A DNA stretch of 64,000 nt from the NCBI GenBank assembly GCA_963771465.1, contig CAVYTU010000017.1, positions 1,024,001-1,088,000 on the forward strand, in the 5' to 3' direction. Below, piece by piece: positions 1-9,197 of the stretch (the stretch's first letter is position 1; each line of letters begins with the position of its first letter). The stretch is from an uncultured delta proteobacterium. GTDB lineage: Bacteria > Desulfobacterota > Binatia > UBA9968. The notes under the pieces are model-generated. The model worked only from the letters and a program-made list of their open reading frames with translations. It was not told where the DNA came from and did not search any database. Position numbers and translations under genes: made by a program.

Positions 1-84
1 CGTGCTTCGGTGGAGCGATATACCAAAGGGGATATCGTTGAACTGCCAATGCCGGCGTGGATTGCCGCCGGGGTGAAGCCGTAA
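1..84 (+). CDS. 3' end of a gene cut by the window edge (RASVERYTKGDIVELPMPAWIAAGVKP*), possibly a SAM-dependent methyltransferase
   Basis: Open frame 1 ending TAA at 82-84; the C-terminus resembles class I methyltransferase ends; function uncertain. Confidence 0.4.
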   Translation, partial: RASVERYTKGDIVELPMPAWIAAGVKP

Positions 85-85
85 G

Positions 86-189
86 GAAAAGTGCTGAGCA
101 ATGAGCACTGAGTCCTGAGGTCTGAATTGAATTAATCCTAAGCTCCGGGTTTATTCTCAGCACTCAGGACTTCGCACTCAGCACTTTTC
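86..189. repeat. Hairpin element with heptamer-tandem arms (GTGCTGA/TCAGCAC type)
   Basis: Left arm gaaaagtgctgagcaatgagcactgagtcctgag (86-119); right arm ctcagcactcaggacttcgcactcagcacttttc (156-189) is its imperfect reverse complement. Confidence 0.85.
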
Positions 190-193
190 ACTC

Positions 194-1801
194 TTATGGT
201 CCATGGTGCGTCGCCAACGGGCTCGCGTCAGCCAGCTCCATCAACTTTCTCGCTAACGCTTCGGTTAAATCGTGACGGTGTTTCTGTGCTTGCGGTTGCT
301 TCCACAGATTGTTCATCTCGTACGGGTCTGCGGCTAAATCGTAAAGCTCACCCCAATTCGCGCCTTCGTACAGAGTCAAGCGATGTTGTTTGGTGATGAG
401 ACTACGGGCGCGGAAGTTGTTATTGAATCCCATGTAGCCGCGGCGCTGGTGTTCCTCAATGACCAATGCGTCGTGTCCGGTTGGATCGCCGCTAACCGCC
501 TGCAGCAAACTGACTCCTTGCATGCCGTTCGGTTCGCCTAGGCCGGCGCGGTCGAGAATGGTGCTGGCGAGGTCGAGAGTGCCACATAATCCTGTGTTGA
601 CCAGGCCGCTGGTTTCAACATTCGGATCGCGCCAGATAAACGGCACGCGCACCAGGCCGCGATAGTGCAACGCGCCTTTTAACAGCAATTGGTGGTCGCC
701 CATGAAGTCGCCGTGGTCGCTGGTGAATATTACCACCGTGTCCTCATCGAGCCGGAGTGTTTTCAACCAGCCCAAGATGCTGCCAATGGCATCGTCGACC
801 ATCGTGATCATGCCGTAAGTCAGCGCGGTGGCTTCGCGGACTTCGCGCTCGGTGATGGCGAACGTGCGTTGACCGTCCCGGTTGGCTTTGTTGGCGGTGC
901 GCTCGTCGTAGAGTTTCTGCAAGTGGGGCGTGATCGGCCGCTCGCCCGAATTGAAAGACGGCGGCAGAGTAATCTGCTCGGGGTCATACATATCCCAGTA
1001 GCGTCCCGGCGGCGTGAAAGGATGGTGCGGATCGGGAAACGAGCATTGAATGAAAAATGGCTTGGACCGATCGCTGCGCGAATAGTTTTCCAAATACTTG
1101 ATCGTGCGTTCGGCGACGTACGCGGTTGGATACGAATCTGCCGGTATGCGTGTGCGCCACGCTTGCGGCGCGATGTAAGTATTTCCCGGCAATTGATTTT
1201 GCGCTCCACGCAATTCTTTAGCGTCGGAATGGCGCGCGTGGAGCCATCTTTCATAGTGACCGACCACTTGATCGCCGTGACCGACGGCGAGCTCGACATG
1301 GCCAAAACCGTAATAGGGCAAAGTCAATTCGAACGCAGGATCGTTTTGCCAGGTCGAGCGCAACTCTTGATCGTAGCGTCCGTGGCCGGGCCAGCTGCGG
1401 TCGGCTTCGCGTAAATGAGCCGGCGGCTGAATCTTGTTCGGGTCCGGCTCCGGCATGCCAATGGTCGGCGGATTGCCGCTGATACTTTGCAGATGACATT
1501 TGCCGAAGAGCACGGTGTCGTAACCCGCCGAGCGCATGACTTCGACGAACGTGGTTGCGTTGAGCGACAGCGGAATGCCATTTTGCCGCGCGCCGTGCAG
1601 CGACGGCATGCGTCCGGTCATGAGCGTGGCCCGGTTGGGCATGCAGATCGGCGTAGCGACGTAAAAATTCTCAAAGCGCGTACCGTTCTCGGCGAGCCGA
1701 TCGATGCTCGGCGTCTTGACGACTTTGTTGCCGTAACAGCCGAGATGGTCGGCGCGATGCTGGTCGGTGATGATTAAAAGAAAATTTGGCGGTTTCGCCA
1801 T
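194..1801 (-). CDS. Sulfatase (formylglycine-dependent, arylsulfatase/choline-sulfatase family)
   Basis: PNFLLIITDQHR, CxPxR motif (CMPNRATLMTG), FTSDHG, ELYDL..DPYE; start moved to ATG at 1801. Confidence 0.92.
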   Translation of the reverse strand: MAKPPNFLLIITDQHRADHLGCYGNKVVKTPSIDRLAENGTRFENFYVATPICMPNRATLMTGRMPSLHGARQNGIPLSLNATTFVEVMRSAGYDTVLFGKCHLQSISGNPPTIGMPEPDPNKIQPPAHLREADRSWPGHGRYDQELRSTWQNDPAFELTLPYYGFGHVELAVGHGDQVVGHYERWLHARHSDAKELRGAQNQLPGNTYIAPQAWRTRIPADSYPTAYVAERTIKYLENYSRSDRSKPFFIQCSFPDPHHPFTPPGRYWDMYDPEQITLPPSFNSGERPITPHLQKLYDERTANKANRDGQRTFAITEREVREATALTYGMITMVDDAIGSILGWLKTLRLDEDTVVIFTSDHGDFMGDHQLLLKGALHYRGLVRVPFIWRDPNVETSGLVNTGLCGTLDLASTILDRAGLGEPNGMQGVSLLQAVSGDPTGHDALVIEEHQRRGYMGFNNNFRARSLITKQHRLTLYEGANWGELYDLAADPYEMNNLWKQPQAQKHRHDLTEALARKLMELADASPLATHHGP

Positions 1802-1907
1802 GTCGTCGATTTCCGTTTCTCGCTCGATCCAAGTATCATAAAGCGACTTCACTGCGCTAGTAAGAAAATTCAGCCATGAGCCGCGGCGGATGTAGAATTT
1901 ATCACCG

Positions 1908-2981
1908 ATGATGAACGATTTTGTCGAGTACTGGGCTGCCGCTCAGCTCTTGTTGTCAGGCCGCAATCCCTACTCGCCCGAAGAGCTGTTGAAGCTAGAA
2001 TCCTCGGTTGGCTGGGCTGAGTCCAGCGCCTTGATTATGTGGAATCCGCCTTGGACTTTGACGTTCCTATGGCCCTTTGGCTTGATCAGTTACGATACCG
2101 CGCAATTCATCTGGTTTCTGTTCCATACTTTGATCGTTTTTCTTGGCGCGCAAGTTTTATGGGCTATTTGCGGCGGCGCCGTCGAGAAAAAACGGATGGC
2201 GGAAATCGCCGTTTTGACCTTCGCGCCGGTTTATTTCGTTCTCCTGATCGGTCAAATCGGGCCGTTGATCTTGCTCGGAGTCATCGGCTTTCTTGCCGCG
2301 GCAAAGAAAGAGGCGTGGGTGTGGGCGGGGGCAAGCTTGGTTTTGATTGCGATCAAGCCTCAACTGCTTTATCTGATATGGCTGGCATTTTTCTTTTGGG
2401 TCGTAAGGGAAAAATGCTGGCGTGCGCTGTTCGGTTTGATCAGTGCCGGTGCGATCGCTGCGCTGCTTCCGCTCGCTATCGATGGCGAGATTTATTCGCA
2501 ATACGTTCAGTTGTTCTCTGCTAGCGGCATCGTTCGTCCTACCGAATGGGCGACACCGAGTTTGGGTACGGCGCTGGGCGAGATCTTTAGTATCCGCGCC
2601 GCGTGGCTTCGCTGGCTGCCGACTCTGTTCGGCACTCTTTGGTTTCTCTGGTATGACCGCCGTCATTCGACCGTTTGGGATTGGCCGTCGCATTTGCCGC
2701 TTATTTCCTTGGTCTCGGTGGCCACGGCTAGCTTTGTCTGGACCTTCGATCAGGTGGTGCTGCTGCCGGCGCTTATCCAAGCGACAGTTTGGTGGGCAAA
2801 GACACGCGGCACTGCTGTGAGCAAAATGGTTCTCAGCAGTTATCTCATAATGATGGCTCTTGTGCTGCTGGCGAAAGTGTTTGTGCGAAACGACCTATGG
2901 TACTTTTGGCTGGCGCCGATGCTATTGCTCTGTTATTTGGCTTTGCAAAAAACCGGCGCGCGCCGGGTAAAAATCGTCTAA
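1908..2981 (+). CDS. Glycosyltransferase family 87 (DUF2029) membrane protein
   Basis: DFxxYW...G.NPY, WNPPW, GQ, IKPQ motifs; multiple hydrophobic helices. Confidence 0.8.
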   Translation: MMNDFVEYWAAAQLLLSGRNPYSPEELLKLESSVGWAESSALIMWNPPWTLTFLWPFGLISYDTAQFIWFLFHTLIVFLGAQVLWAICGGAVEKKRMAEIAVLTFAPVYFVLLIGQIGPLILLGVIGFLAAAKKEAWVWAGASLVLIAIKPQLLYLIWLAFFFWVVREKCWRALFGLISAGAIAALLPLAIDGEIYSQYVQLFSASGIVRPTEWATPSLGTALGEIFSIRAAWLRWLPTLFGTLWFLWYDRRHSTVWDWPSHLPLISLVSVATASFVWTFDQVVLLPALIQATVWWAKTRGTAVSKMVLSSYLIMMALVLLAKVFVRNDLWYFWLAPMLLLCYLALQKTGARRVKIV

Positions 2982-3052
2982 CCCCGCGCGCGCGCTCAAT
3001 TAGCTTGCTTGCCGATATTGGATCGTAGTACAGCCGAGCCGAGGAGAACTGC

Positions 3053-3568
3053 ATGATCGATGCGGCCGTAGTCATTCCTGTCTATCGAACTCGCGATGGC
3101 GAGCTTCACGTCGTGATGATTTTGCGCAATCCCGGCGGCGTGCACGGCGGCCAGATCGCTTTTCCCGGCGGCAAGCACGATCTCGCTGACGAGACGATGT
3201 TAGACACGGCGCTGCGGGAGCTACATGAAGAACTTGGATTGTCATCGGCGCGGGAAGACGTGCTTGCCGAACTGCCCATGGAACAGACGCGCACGACCGG
3301 TTACCGCGTCTTTCCTTATCTGGTGCGGATCACTGTGCCCGAGCAGTGGCAAATCGCCGAGCGCGAGGTCGCCGAGCTGTTCGACGTCAAGCTCAGCGAT
3401 CTTTTGCGCGCCGGCGCCCACGACAAAATGATCGAGCGCTTTCCAACTTGGCAGAAAGCGGAGCAGGTTTCATTTTATCAAATCGGTACCCATCGGCTCT
3501 GGGGCCTTTCGTATCGAATTCTTCATCCCATCATTCCGCGTTTGGCGGCGGGTGAGTGGGCCGTGTGA
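3053..3568 (+). CDS. Nudix hydrolase, CoA pyrophosphatase type
   Basis: HGGQIAFPGGK plus Nudix box TALRELHEELGL; LWG near the C-terminus. Confidence 0.9.
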   Translation: MIDAAVVIPVYRTRDGELHVVMILRNPGGVHGGQIAFPGGKHDLADETMLDTALRELHEELGLSSAREDVLAELPMEQTRTTGYRVFPYLVRITVPEQWQIAEREVAELFDVKLSDLLRAGAHDKMIERFPTWQKAEQVSFYQIGTHRLWGLSYRILHPIIPRLAAGEWAV

Positions 3569-3572
3569 AGTT

Positions 3573-3618
3573 GTGTTCGTGAGTCGTGTTCGTCGGACTG
3601 CAGTCTCGAACACGAAAC
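3573..3618. repeat. Degenerate hexamer-tandem hairpin (CGTGTT/AACACG)
   Basis: gtgttcgtgagtcgtgttcg...cgaacacgaa; same unit as 19040-19104 and 32340-32403. Confidence 0.5.
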
Positions 3619-3686
3619 CATGCGCGTATCGCAAAGAAGTGTTTTTAAATGTCGCAATAGCTTGGTTAGAGGGAAGGAGAATACCA

Positions 3687-4901
3687 ATGGACTTTAGTTT
3701 ACAGCAGGACACGCCTGAGATCGGCGAGTTCCGCCAAGAGGTGCGCAGTTGGCTGGCGGACAATATGAAAGGCAGCGAGCATCTGCGCTGGTCGGGCAAC
3801 TGGTCGACGCGGGAGAATGACGAGGAGTATACGTTTCGCCGCGCATTGGCTGGCAAGTTGGGAAAAAAACGCTGGCTCTTTCCCACTTACCCGGTGAAAT
3901 ATGGGGGCGCCGGTTTGAGCCTCGATCATCAGTTCGTTCTCGAAACCGAAATCGATCGTTATGGTCTATCGCTCGGCTCCGTGTTTTACACCTTAGCGCG
4001 ATTGGTCGCGCCGGCGGTGATGAAATTCGGCACCGAGGAACAGAAGACGGAGTTTTTGCCGCCGATGGCGCGCGGCGAATTGGCGGTGTGGCAAGTTCTC
4101 ACCGAGCCGCAAGGCGGTAGCGACGTGGCCAATTGCCAAACCAAAGCGATTCGCGACGGCGATCACTTTATCGTCAATGGCCAGAAAGTTCTGGTTGGCC
4201 ATCACCTGCCGCCGGATTATCTCTGGACTTTTGTTTGCACCAACCCGGCGGGCAAGCGCCATGAGAATTTAGGTTGGCTTTATATTCCCGCCAACTTGCC
4301 GGGGATCACGTTGCAACACATGCATCTCATGATGGGCATCAAGAATGCGATTTTCTTCGACAACGTTAAAGTGCCGGCGAAATATCTCGTCGGCGGCGAA
4401 AACAACGGCTGGAAAGTGGCGAACAGCTATCTTGAATTAGAGCATGGCGGCGGTGGCAGTGTCGCCGAACAGCCGCTGTTTAAGCGAATCATCGAACATT
4501 GTCAAAAAACTAATTTCGACGGCGAAAGCTTGATGGAAGATCAGGACATCCGCGATGAGGTCGCCGATATGTTGATCGATCTCGACGTGCAGCGGCTGAT
4601 GGGGCTGCGCAACTTCTGGCATCGCTACGTGCGCGAGCCGCATCCGTATGGTGGCCCGCAGTATCTTTACTTCCAGCGCATGGTGCGGCTGCGCAACTCC
4701 GAGAGGGTGCAAAGAATCCTCGGCTACGACGCATTGGTGCCGGACAATTCAGTCCACGAAGTGGCCGATTTCGAATACACGGTACGTAGCGGCCCCGGCT
4801 GGCTTCACGGCGGCGGCACGTTGGATACCGATCGGCTGATCATCGCGCGCCGCTTGGGTCTCGGCCGTCCGGCGCAAGAAGCCGCACCGACTACGGTGTA
4901 G
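3687..4901 (+). CDS. Acyl-CoA dehydrogenase family protein (alpha-like subunit)
   Basis: LTEPQGGSD, VNGQK, FFDNVKVP, GGENNGW; AAGGAG RBS before ATG 3687. Confidence 0.9.
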   Translation: MDFSLQQDTPEIGEFRQEVRSWLADNMKGSEHLRWSGNWSTRENDEEYTFRRALAGKLGKKRWLFPTYPVKYGGAGLSLDHQFVLETEIDRYGLSLGSVFYTLARLVAPAVMKFGTEEQKTEFLPPMARGELAVWQVLTEPQGGSDVANCQTKAIRDGDHFIVNGQKVLVGHHLPPDYLWTFVCTNPAGKRHENLGWLYIPANLPGITLQHMHLMMGIKNAIFFDNVKVPAKYLVGGENNGWKVANSYLELEHGGGGSVAEQPLFKRIIEHCQKTNFDGESLMEDQDIRDEVADMLIDLDVQRLMGLRNFWHRYVREPHPYGGPQYLYFQRMVRLRNSERVQRILGYDALVPDNSVHEVADFEYTVRSGPGWLHGGGTLDTDRLIIARRLGLGRPAQEAAPTTV

Positions 4902-4910
4902 AAGTGTTTA

Positions 4911-4996
4911 CCACAGAGAGCACAGAGAAAATGGAGTAGGGACGCGATTCATCGCGCCCTCGGAGTCGGAGATTTGACCGCAAAGGACGCAAAGAG
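4911..4996. repeat. Stack of short intergenic repeats: CACAGAGAG nonamers, a GTAG-type REP and CGCAAAG nonamers
   Basis: ccacagagagcacagagaa (4911-4929); gtagggacgcgattcatcgcgccct (4936-4960); cgcaaaggacgcaaagag (4979-4996). Confidence 0.65.
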
Positions 4997-5075
4997 GAAT
5001 TCGAAGTTGTCGATGCAGCCCCGTGGTTACCTTACCGATAGTGCCCACGGCGCTCAATCGAAAGGATAGGGACGT

Positions 5076-6212
5076 ATGGACTTAAAACTGAACGACGATC
5101 AAAACATGTTGAAGAAAGTGGCAGCGGATTTCGTTAAGGCAGAGGCGCCGTCGTATGTGATCACGGATTGGTACCAGAAAAAGCTTGCATTCATCCCGGC
5201 GCTTTACAAAAAAACCGCTGAGGTCGGCTGGCTCGGCATGATGGTGCCCGATGAGTTTGGCGGCGGCGGTACTTCCCGCATGGATTGCGCGGCGGTGTTT
5301 GAAGAACTCGGCCGCGGGCCGTTGCCGGGGCCGTATTTTTCCTGCGGCGTGTTGGCGGCCCAGTTGATTCTCGACGGCGGTTCGCCACAGCTCAAGAAAA
5401 CTTGGCTGGCAAAAATCTGCGACGGCAGCGCGGTGATTATCCCGGCGCTCTCCGACGATCAAATTCAGTTCGGACCGCGCTCGGTGCAGACGCGCGCGTT
5501 CAAATCGGGCGATGGTTACAACCTCACCGGCACCAAACGCTTCGTACAGGACGGCGCCGCGGCGAGTCATTTCATCGTCGCGGCGCGCGACGAAGTTGGC
5601 CAAGTGGTGTTGGCGCTGGTGGATCGAAACGCTCCGGGCGTGGGCGTGAATGTGGTCGACGGCTTCATGATCGGCGCGGTCGAAGTTAAGCTCGACGGTG
5701 TAACAGTTACCAAGGATGCAATGTTGAATGGCAGCGCTGGTGGCTGGTCCGTGGTGGAGTCGTCGCTAGGCAAAACTCTGCCGATTCTCTGTGCCTATAA
5801 AGTCGGCGCCTGCCAAGAAATTTTTGACATGACCAACGAATATACCCGCACGCGCGTGGTATTCGGCCAACCGATCGGGCGCTTTCAACGCGTCCAGGAT
5901 CATTGCGTCGACATTTCGATCCACCTCGATGGCGCGCGCTGGACGACCTACGAAACTGTGTGGAAGCTGGATAGTGGCGTTGAAGCGCGGGCGAGCGTGC
6001 ATCAAGCCAAAGCGGTGGCGAGCGAGGGCTATTATCAGTCCTGTAATTTTTCCCATATGGTCTTTGCCGGCGCCGGTACTGACTACAAGCATCCGCTGAT
6101 GGCGCACAGCGTGCTGGCGCATTCCTTGTATCAGTATCTTGGCACGCCGCTCTATCACAAGCGGGCGATGGTCGATGCGTTGTATCCGCGGACGGCCAGA
6201 AAAGCCGGTTAA
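5076..6212 (+). CDS. Acyl-CoA dehydrogenase family protein (short beta-like subunit)
   Basis: EELGR..LPGP, LTGTKRFV, R.VFGQPIGRFQRVQ; lacks the TEP.GSD motif. Confidence 0.88.
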   Translation: MDLKLNDDQNMLKKVAADFVKAEAPSYVITDWYQKKLAFIPALYKKTAEVGWLGMMVPDEFGGGGTSRMDCAAVFEELGRGPLPGPYFSCGVLAAQLILDGGSPQLKKTWLAKICDGSAVIIPALSDDQIQFGPRSVQTRAFKSGDGYNLTGTKRFVQDGAAASHFIVAARDEVGQVVLALVDRNAPGVGVNVVDGFMIGAVEVKLDGVTVTKDAMLNGSAGGWSVVESSLGKTLPILCAYKVGACQEIFDMTNEYTRTRVVFGQPIGRFQRVQDHCVDISIHLDGARWTTYETVWKLDSGVEARASVHQAKAVASEGYYQSCNFSHMVFAGAGTDYKHPLMAHSVLAHSLYQYLGTPLYHKRAMVDALYPRTARKAG

Positions 6213-6333
6213 AGGTGATGCTGAAGAGGTAGGAATCAACGCGAGACGGACGGTGAGATTATAGCCGTTTAAATTTTCCGATTTGCTTGCGATTGATGAA
6301 TATGTCGGGATGGGGGGAAGCCTTATTGCTGAA

Positions 6334-7905
6334 TTAGAATTTGACGAAAATCTCTTTCGCTTCATCGCCGGTTAACTGCTTGATTGTCGAAATCCTGTCG
6401 CTGAATTCCTTCAGCGTCCCGAGAGAAGCCGGGCCCATATCGATCAAGATGGAAAACAGCGAAAAGCCGAGCTTTTCCTTTTCTTCGCGAAAAGTTTCCG
6501 CCCATTGGGGATCGACCTGGCACTCGCCGTCGGTGATGAAGATGATGTCGCCCTTTTTGAAGCGCGATTCGCGCAAGCAATGAAGCGCGGCGTCGAGGGG
6601 TTTTTGAAAATCCGTGCCGCCGCCGGGAAAATATTCCGCCAAGTCCATGATCGTCTTGGTTTCGACCTCGTAACGGTCGCGCGGGTTCATGTCGAGGACT
6701 TGGAGCGGCGTCTCCGCGGAAGAGAAACAGATCGAGCGAAACAGGCGGCGCTGTTTGCGGGCGATTTCTAAAAGCGTGAGCGTTACGGCCTTGGACCAAA
6801 TCTCTTTGTCACCGGACATAGACGAGCTGCCATCGAGACAGACGATCATCGGCCCTTTGCCTTTTTCTTCGACGCCGCGGAGCGAGTATTGGATCAATTC
6901 CTGGTCGAGAAAACGGCGGTAGAAATCTTTTCGTAATACCGGATGGTGCAGGCTCAACATCTCGTGCGGCAGCAGGCGGTGGAGCGCGTCGCCTTGCTCG
7001 ACTTCGAGCAGCTCTTCGCTGGAGCGCTCGAAGACTTTTTTGCGCAACCCCTGGGCGTGAAACTTCATGCGTCCGACCATGCGGGCTAGTTTCTTTAGCT
7101 TCTCATTGCCCGCTAGACGCCGGCCGAGTTCGAGTTTCTGTCCCGGCGGTGACTTCTCGCCCGTACCGATCGTGTTACCCCAAGTTTCGGCTTCCTCGGT
7201 AGCATCTTCCAACTGCTGGGCGACTTTGATCGCTTCGGCCTGCATGCGATTGGCCGCTTGGGATTCGATCTTCTTGAGATCTTCCTTGAGCTGCTGAGTC
7301 TTATGGCGCAACAATGCCTCCGCGCCTTGAACTTCGCCGCCCATTTTTTCCTTGGCTTTTTGCAGCGCCTTTTTACCTTCTTCTGAGAGTTGATTTTCGG
7401 GGATCGTGTCGGCGTTGTCGTATTCTTCGATTTTCTCCGAGACGATTTCTTCCTGCTTTTGGATATCCCAGAGATCGCGCATGTCGCGCCGGTTTAGCAA
7501 TTTCTCTTCACGAATCATTGCCAGCAGCCGCTCACCGAGAAGTAACGTCGACAGGCCGGCGTGGGCTTCGTTCAACAATGTTTGCTCGCGGAGAAATTCA
7601 TATTGGGCGCCGTTGTGGATCGCTTGGAGAAAATTGCGATTGAGCAGCGCGCTGGGCAGAACTTCGCTGTCTGCGTAATACTTTGTGTTGTATTTGAATA
7701 GCAGAGAAAAAATATCTTGTAGCAGCGAACCGAAGTGAGGCAGCAGGGTAGAGCCCGCCGATTCTAGCTCGCGGAGCGATGGCGCTTCGGAGCGTAAATG
7801 CTCCCAGACGCGCCGATCGTAAGCGTCGTGCTCGATCCAAAAAGTGTTTTTCGGCAGCGGCTGGAAAACTCTTTTGACAGGCTTACTAGGCGAAGTAGGT
7901 GGCAT
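6334..7905 (-). CDS. VWA domain protein (ViaA/YieM-like)
   Basis: MIDAS motif DGSSSM, GGGTDF, IFITDGE in the C-terminal domain; downstream of a MoxR ATPase. Confidence 0.85.
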   Translation of the reverse strand: MPPTSPSKPVKRVFQPLPKNTFWIEHDAYDRRVWEHLRSEAPSLRELESAGSTLLPHFGSLLQDIFSLLFKYNTKYYADSEVLPSALLNRNFLQAIHNGAQYEFLREQTLLNEAHAGLSTLLLGERLLAMIREEKLLNRRDMRDLWDIQKQEEIVSEKIEEYDNADTIPENQLSEEGKKALQKAKEKMGGEVQGAEALLRHKTQQLKEDLKKIESQAANRMQAEAIKVAQQLEDATEEAETWGNTIGTGEKSPPGQKLELGRRLAGNEKLKKLARMVGRMKFHAQGLRKKVFERSSEELLEVEQGDALHRLLPHEMLSLHHPVLRKDFYRRFLDQELIQYSLRGVEEKGKGPMIVCLDGSSSMSGDKEIWSKAVTLTLLEIARKQRRLFRSICFSSAETPLQVLDMNPRDRYEVETKTIMDLAEYFPGGGTDFQKPLDAALHCLRESRFKKGDIIFITDGECQVDPQWAETFREEKEKLGFSLFSILIDMGPASLGTLKEFSDRISTIKQLTGDEAKEIFVKF

Positions 7906-7968
7906 TGGATCACTTACGCCAAGACGTGCACGGCATCAGTGTGCGTCATCCGACTCGGCGCTGCGCAT

Positions 7969-9087
7969 TCAAAACTGCTCGAGCATCTCTTTTTGCAGCT
8001 GCTCGATCTCGCCACGCACGGAATTCACCCGATCGAGTGGGCGGCCCATACGCTCGGCTTTTTCCATGATCTGGTCTACTTTGTTCATGATGTTTCTCAG
8101 TTTGGTGTGATATTCGATCAGCGCGCGGGCGCGCTCGTCGCTAGTGCGCCCCGGTTTAAGCGCGGCCTCGCGAATCTCGCGCGACTCGTAGAGCAACTCG
8201 GTGATTTCTTCTTCGTAGCCGAGCAATAGCTCGCGGATCGTGCCCCGCACCTGCTCATGCTCAGCGGGATCGCGCCAAAGGACATGCTCAAGAAAGAAGA
8301 GATGCTTCTCGTAAACTTCAGCTTCGCCGTCGAGGTAGGCGTAGGCTTGCAGCAGCGCCAGCGATTGACGGTAGCGGCGATCCGAGGCGAGGATATTTTT
8401 CTTGTTTAGCTCGCGCCGAATATCAGCGATGCCGCGGTAGACATGGGACGGAATGGTGATTTGTCCGGCCTGGGATTGAAGCTCGGTGAGTTCCGCCAGC
8501 GTGAGCGTGGTTCGCTCCGCCGCCTTCTGCGACTCCAGCATACGGAGAAAACGGAAATCCTCGGCGATGTAACCGACCACGAATCTGACGAGAAAACGGT
8601 CGTAGAGCGCGGTTAGCTCTTCTTCTTCCGGGAGTTCATTGCTGGCGCCGAAAAGCGTCAGGAGCGGCACTTTGACAATCTCTTTGCCGTTGTGAAACAG
8701 CCGTTCGTTGATCAAGGTGAGAATCGAATTCAAGATCGACGAGTTCGCTTTGAAAATCTCATCCAGAAAGGCGATATGCGCTTCCGGCAGTTTACGGTCG
8801 GTCACGCGGCGGTAGTCGTCCTGCTCCAATGCCTTCAGACTCACCGCCCCGAAAATCTCTTCCGGCGTGGTGAAACGCGTCAGCAGCCATTGAAAATAAT
8901 TCGCCCCCTCGATACGCCGGCACAGCTCGTCGGCGAGCATCGACTTGGCTGTGCCCGGCGGGCCGATGATCAACAAATGATGCGACGCCAGCAGCGCGGC
9001 GAGGGCACCGTCGATTAAGTCGGCGCGCTCTAAAAACGTTTGTTTAAGCTCGTCGCGAATCTTTTTCAGTTTTTCTTGGGCAGTCAT
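7969..9087 (-). CDS. MoxR-family AAA+ ATPase (RavA-like)
   Basis: Walker A GPPGTAKS, TRFTTPEEIFG, FLDEIFKANSSILN, GASNELP, ALYDRF. Confidence 0.92.
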   Translation of the reverse strand: MTAQEKLKKIRDELKQTFLERADLIDGALAALLASHHLLIIGPPGTAKSMLADELCRRIEGANYFQWLLTRFTTPEEIFGAVSLKALEQDDYRRVTDRKLPEAHIAFLDEIFKANSSILNSILTLINERLFHNGKEIVKVPLLTLFGASNELPEEEELTALYDRFLVRFVVGYIAEDFRFLRMLESQKAAERTTLTLAELTELQSQAGQITIPSHVYRGIADIRRELNKKNILASDRRYRQSLALLQAYAYLDGEAEVYEKHLFFLEHVLWRDPAEHEQVRGTIRELLLGYEEEITELLYESREIREAALKPGRTSDERARALIEYHTKLRNIMNKVDQIMEKAERMGRPLDRVNSVRGEIEQLQKEMLEQF

Positions 9088-9197
9088 GGGTAACAATTTT
9101 CTTCAGATTAACAAAGGAATAGTACAGAAACAATCAATAGACATTCCGCGGGCTTTTGGATATTGAGGATGTACTACTGCGGCAGGAGGTCGGTTCG

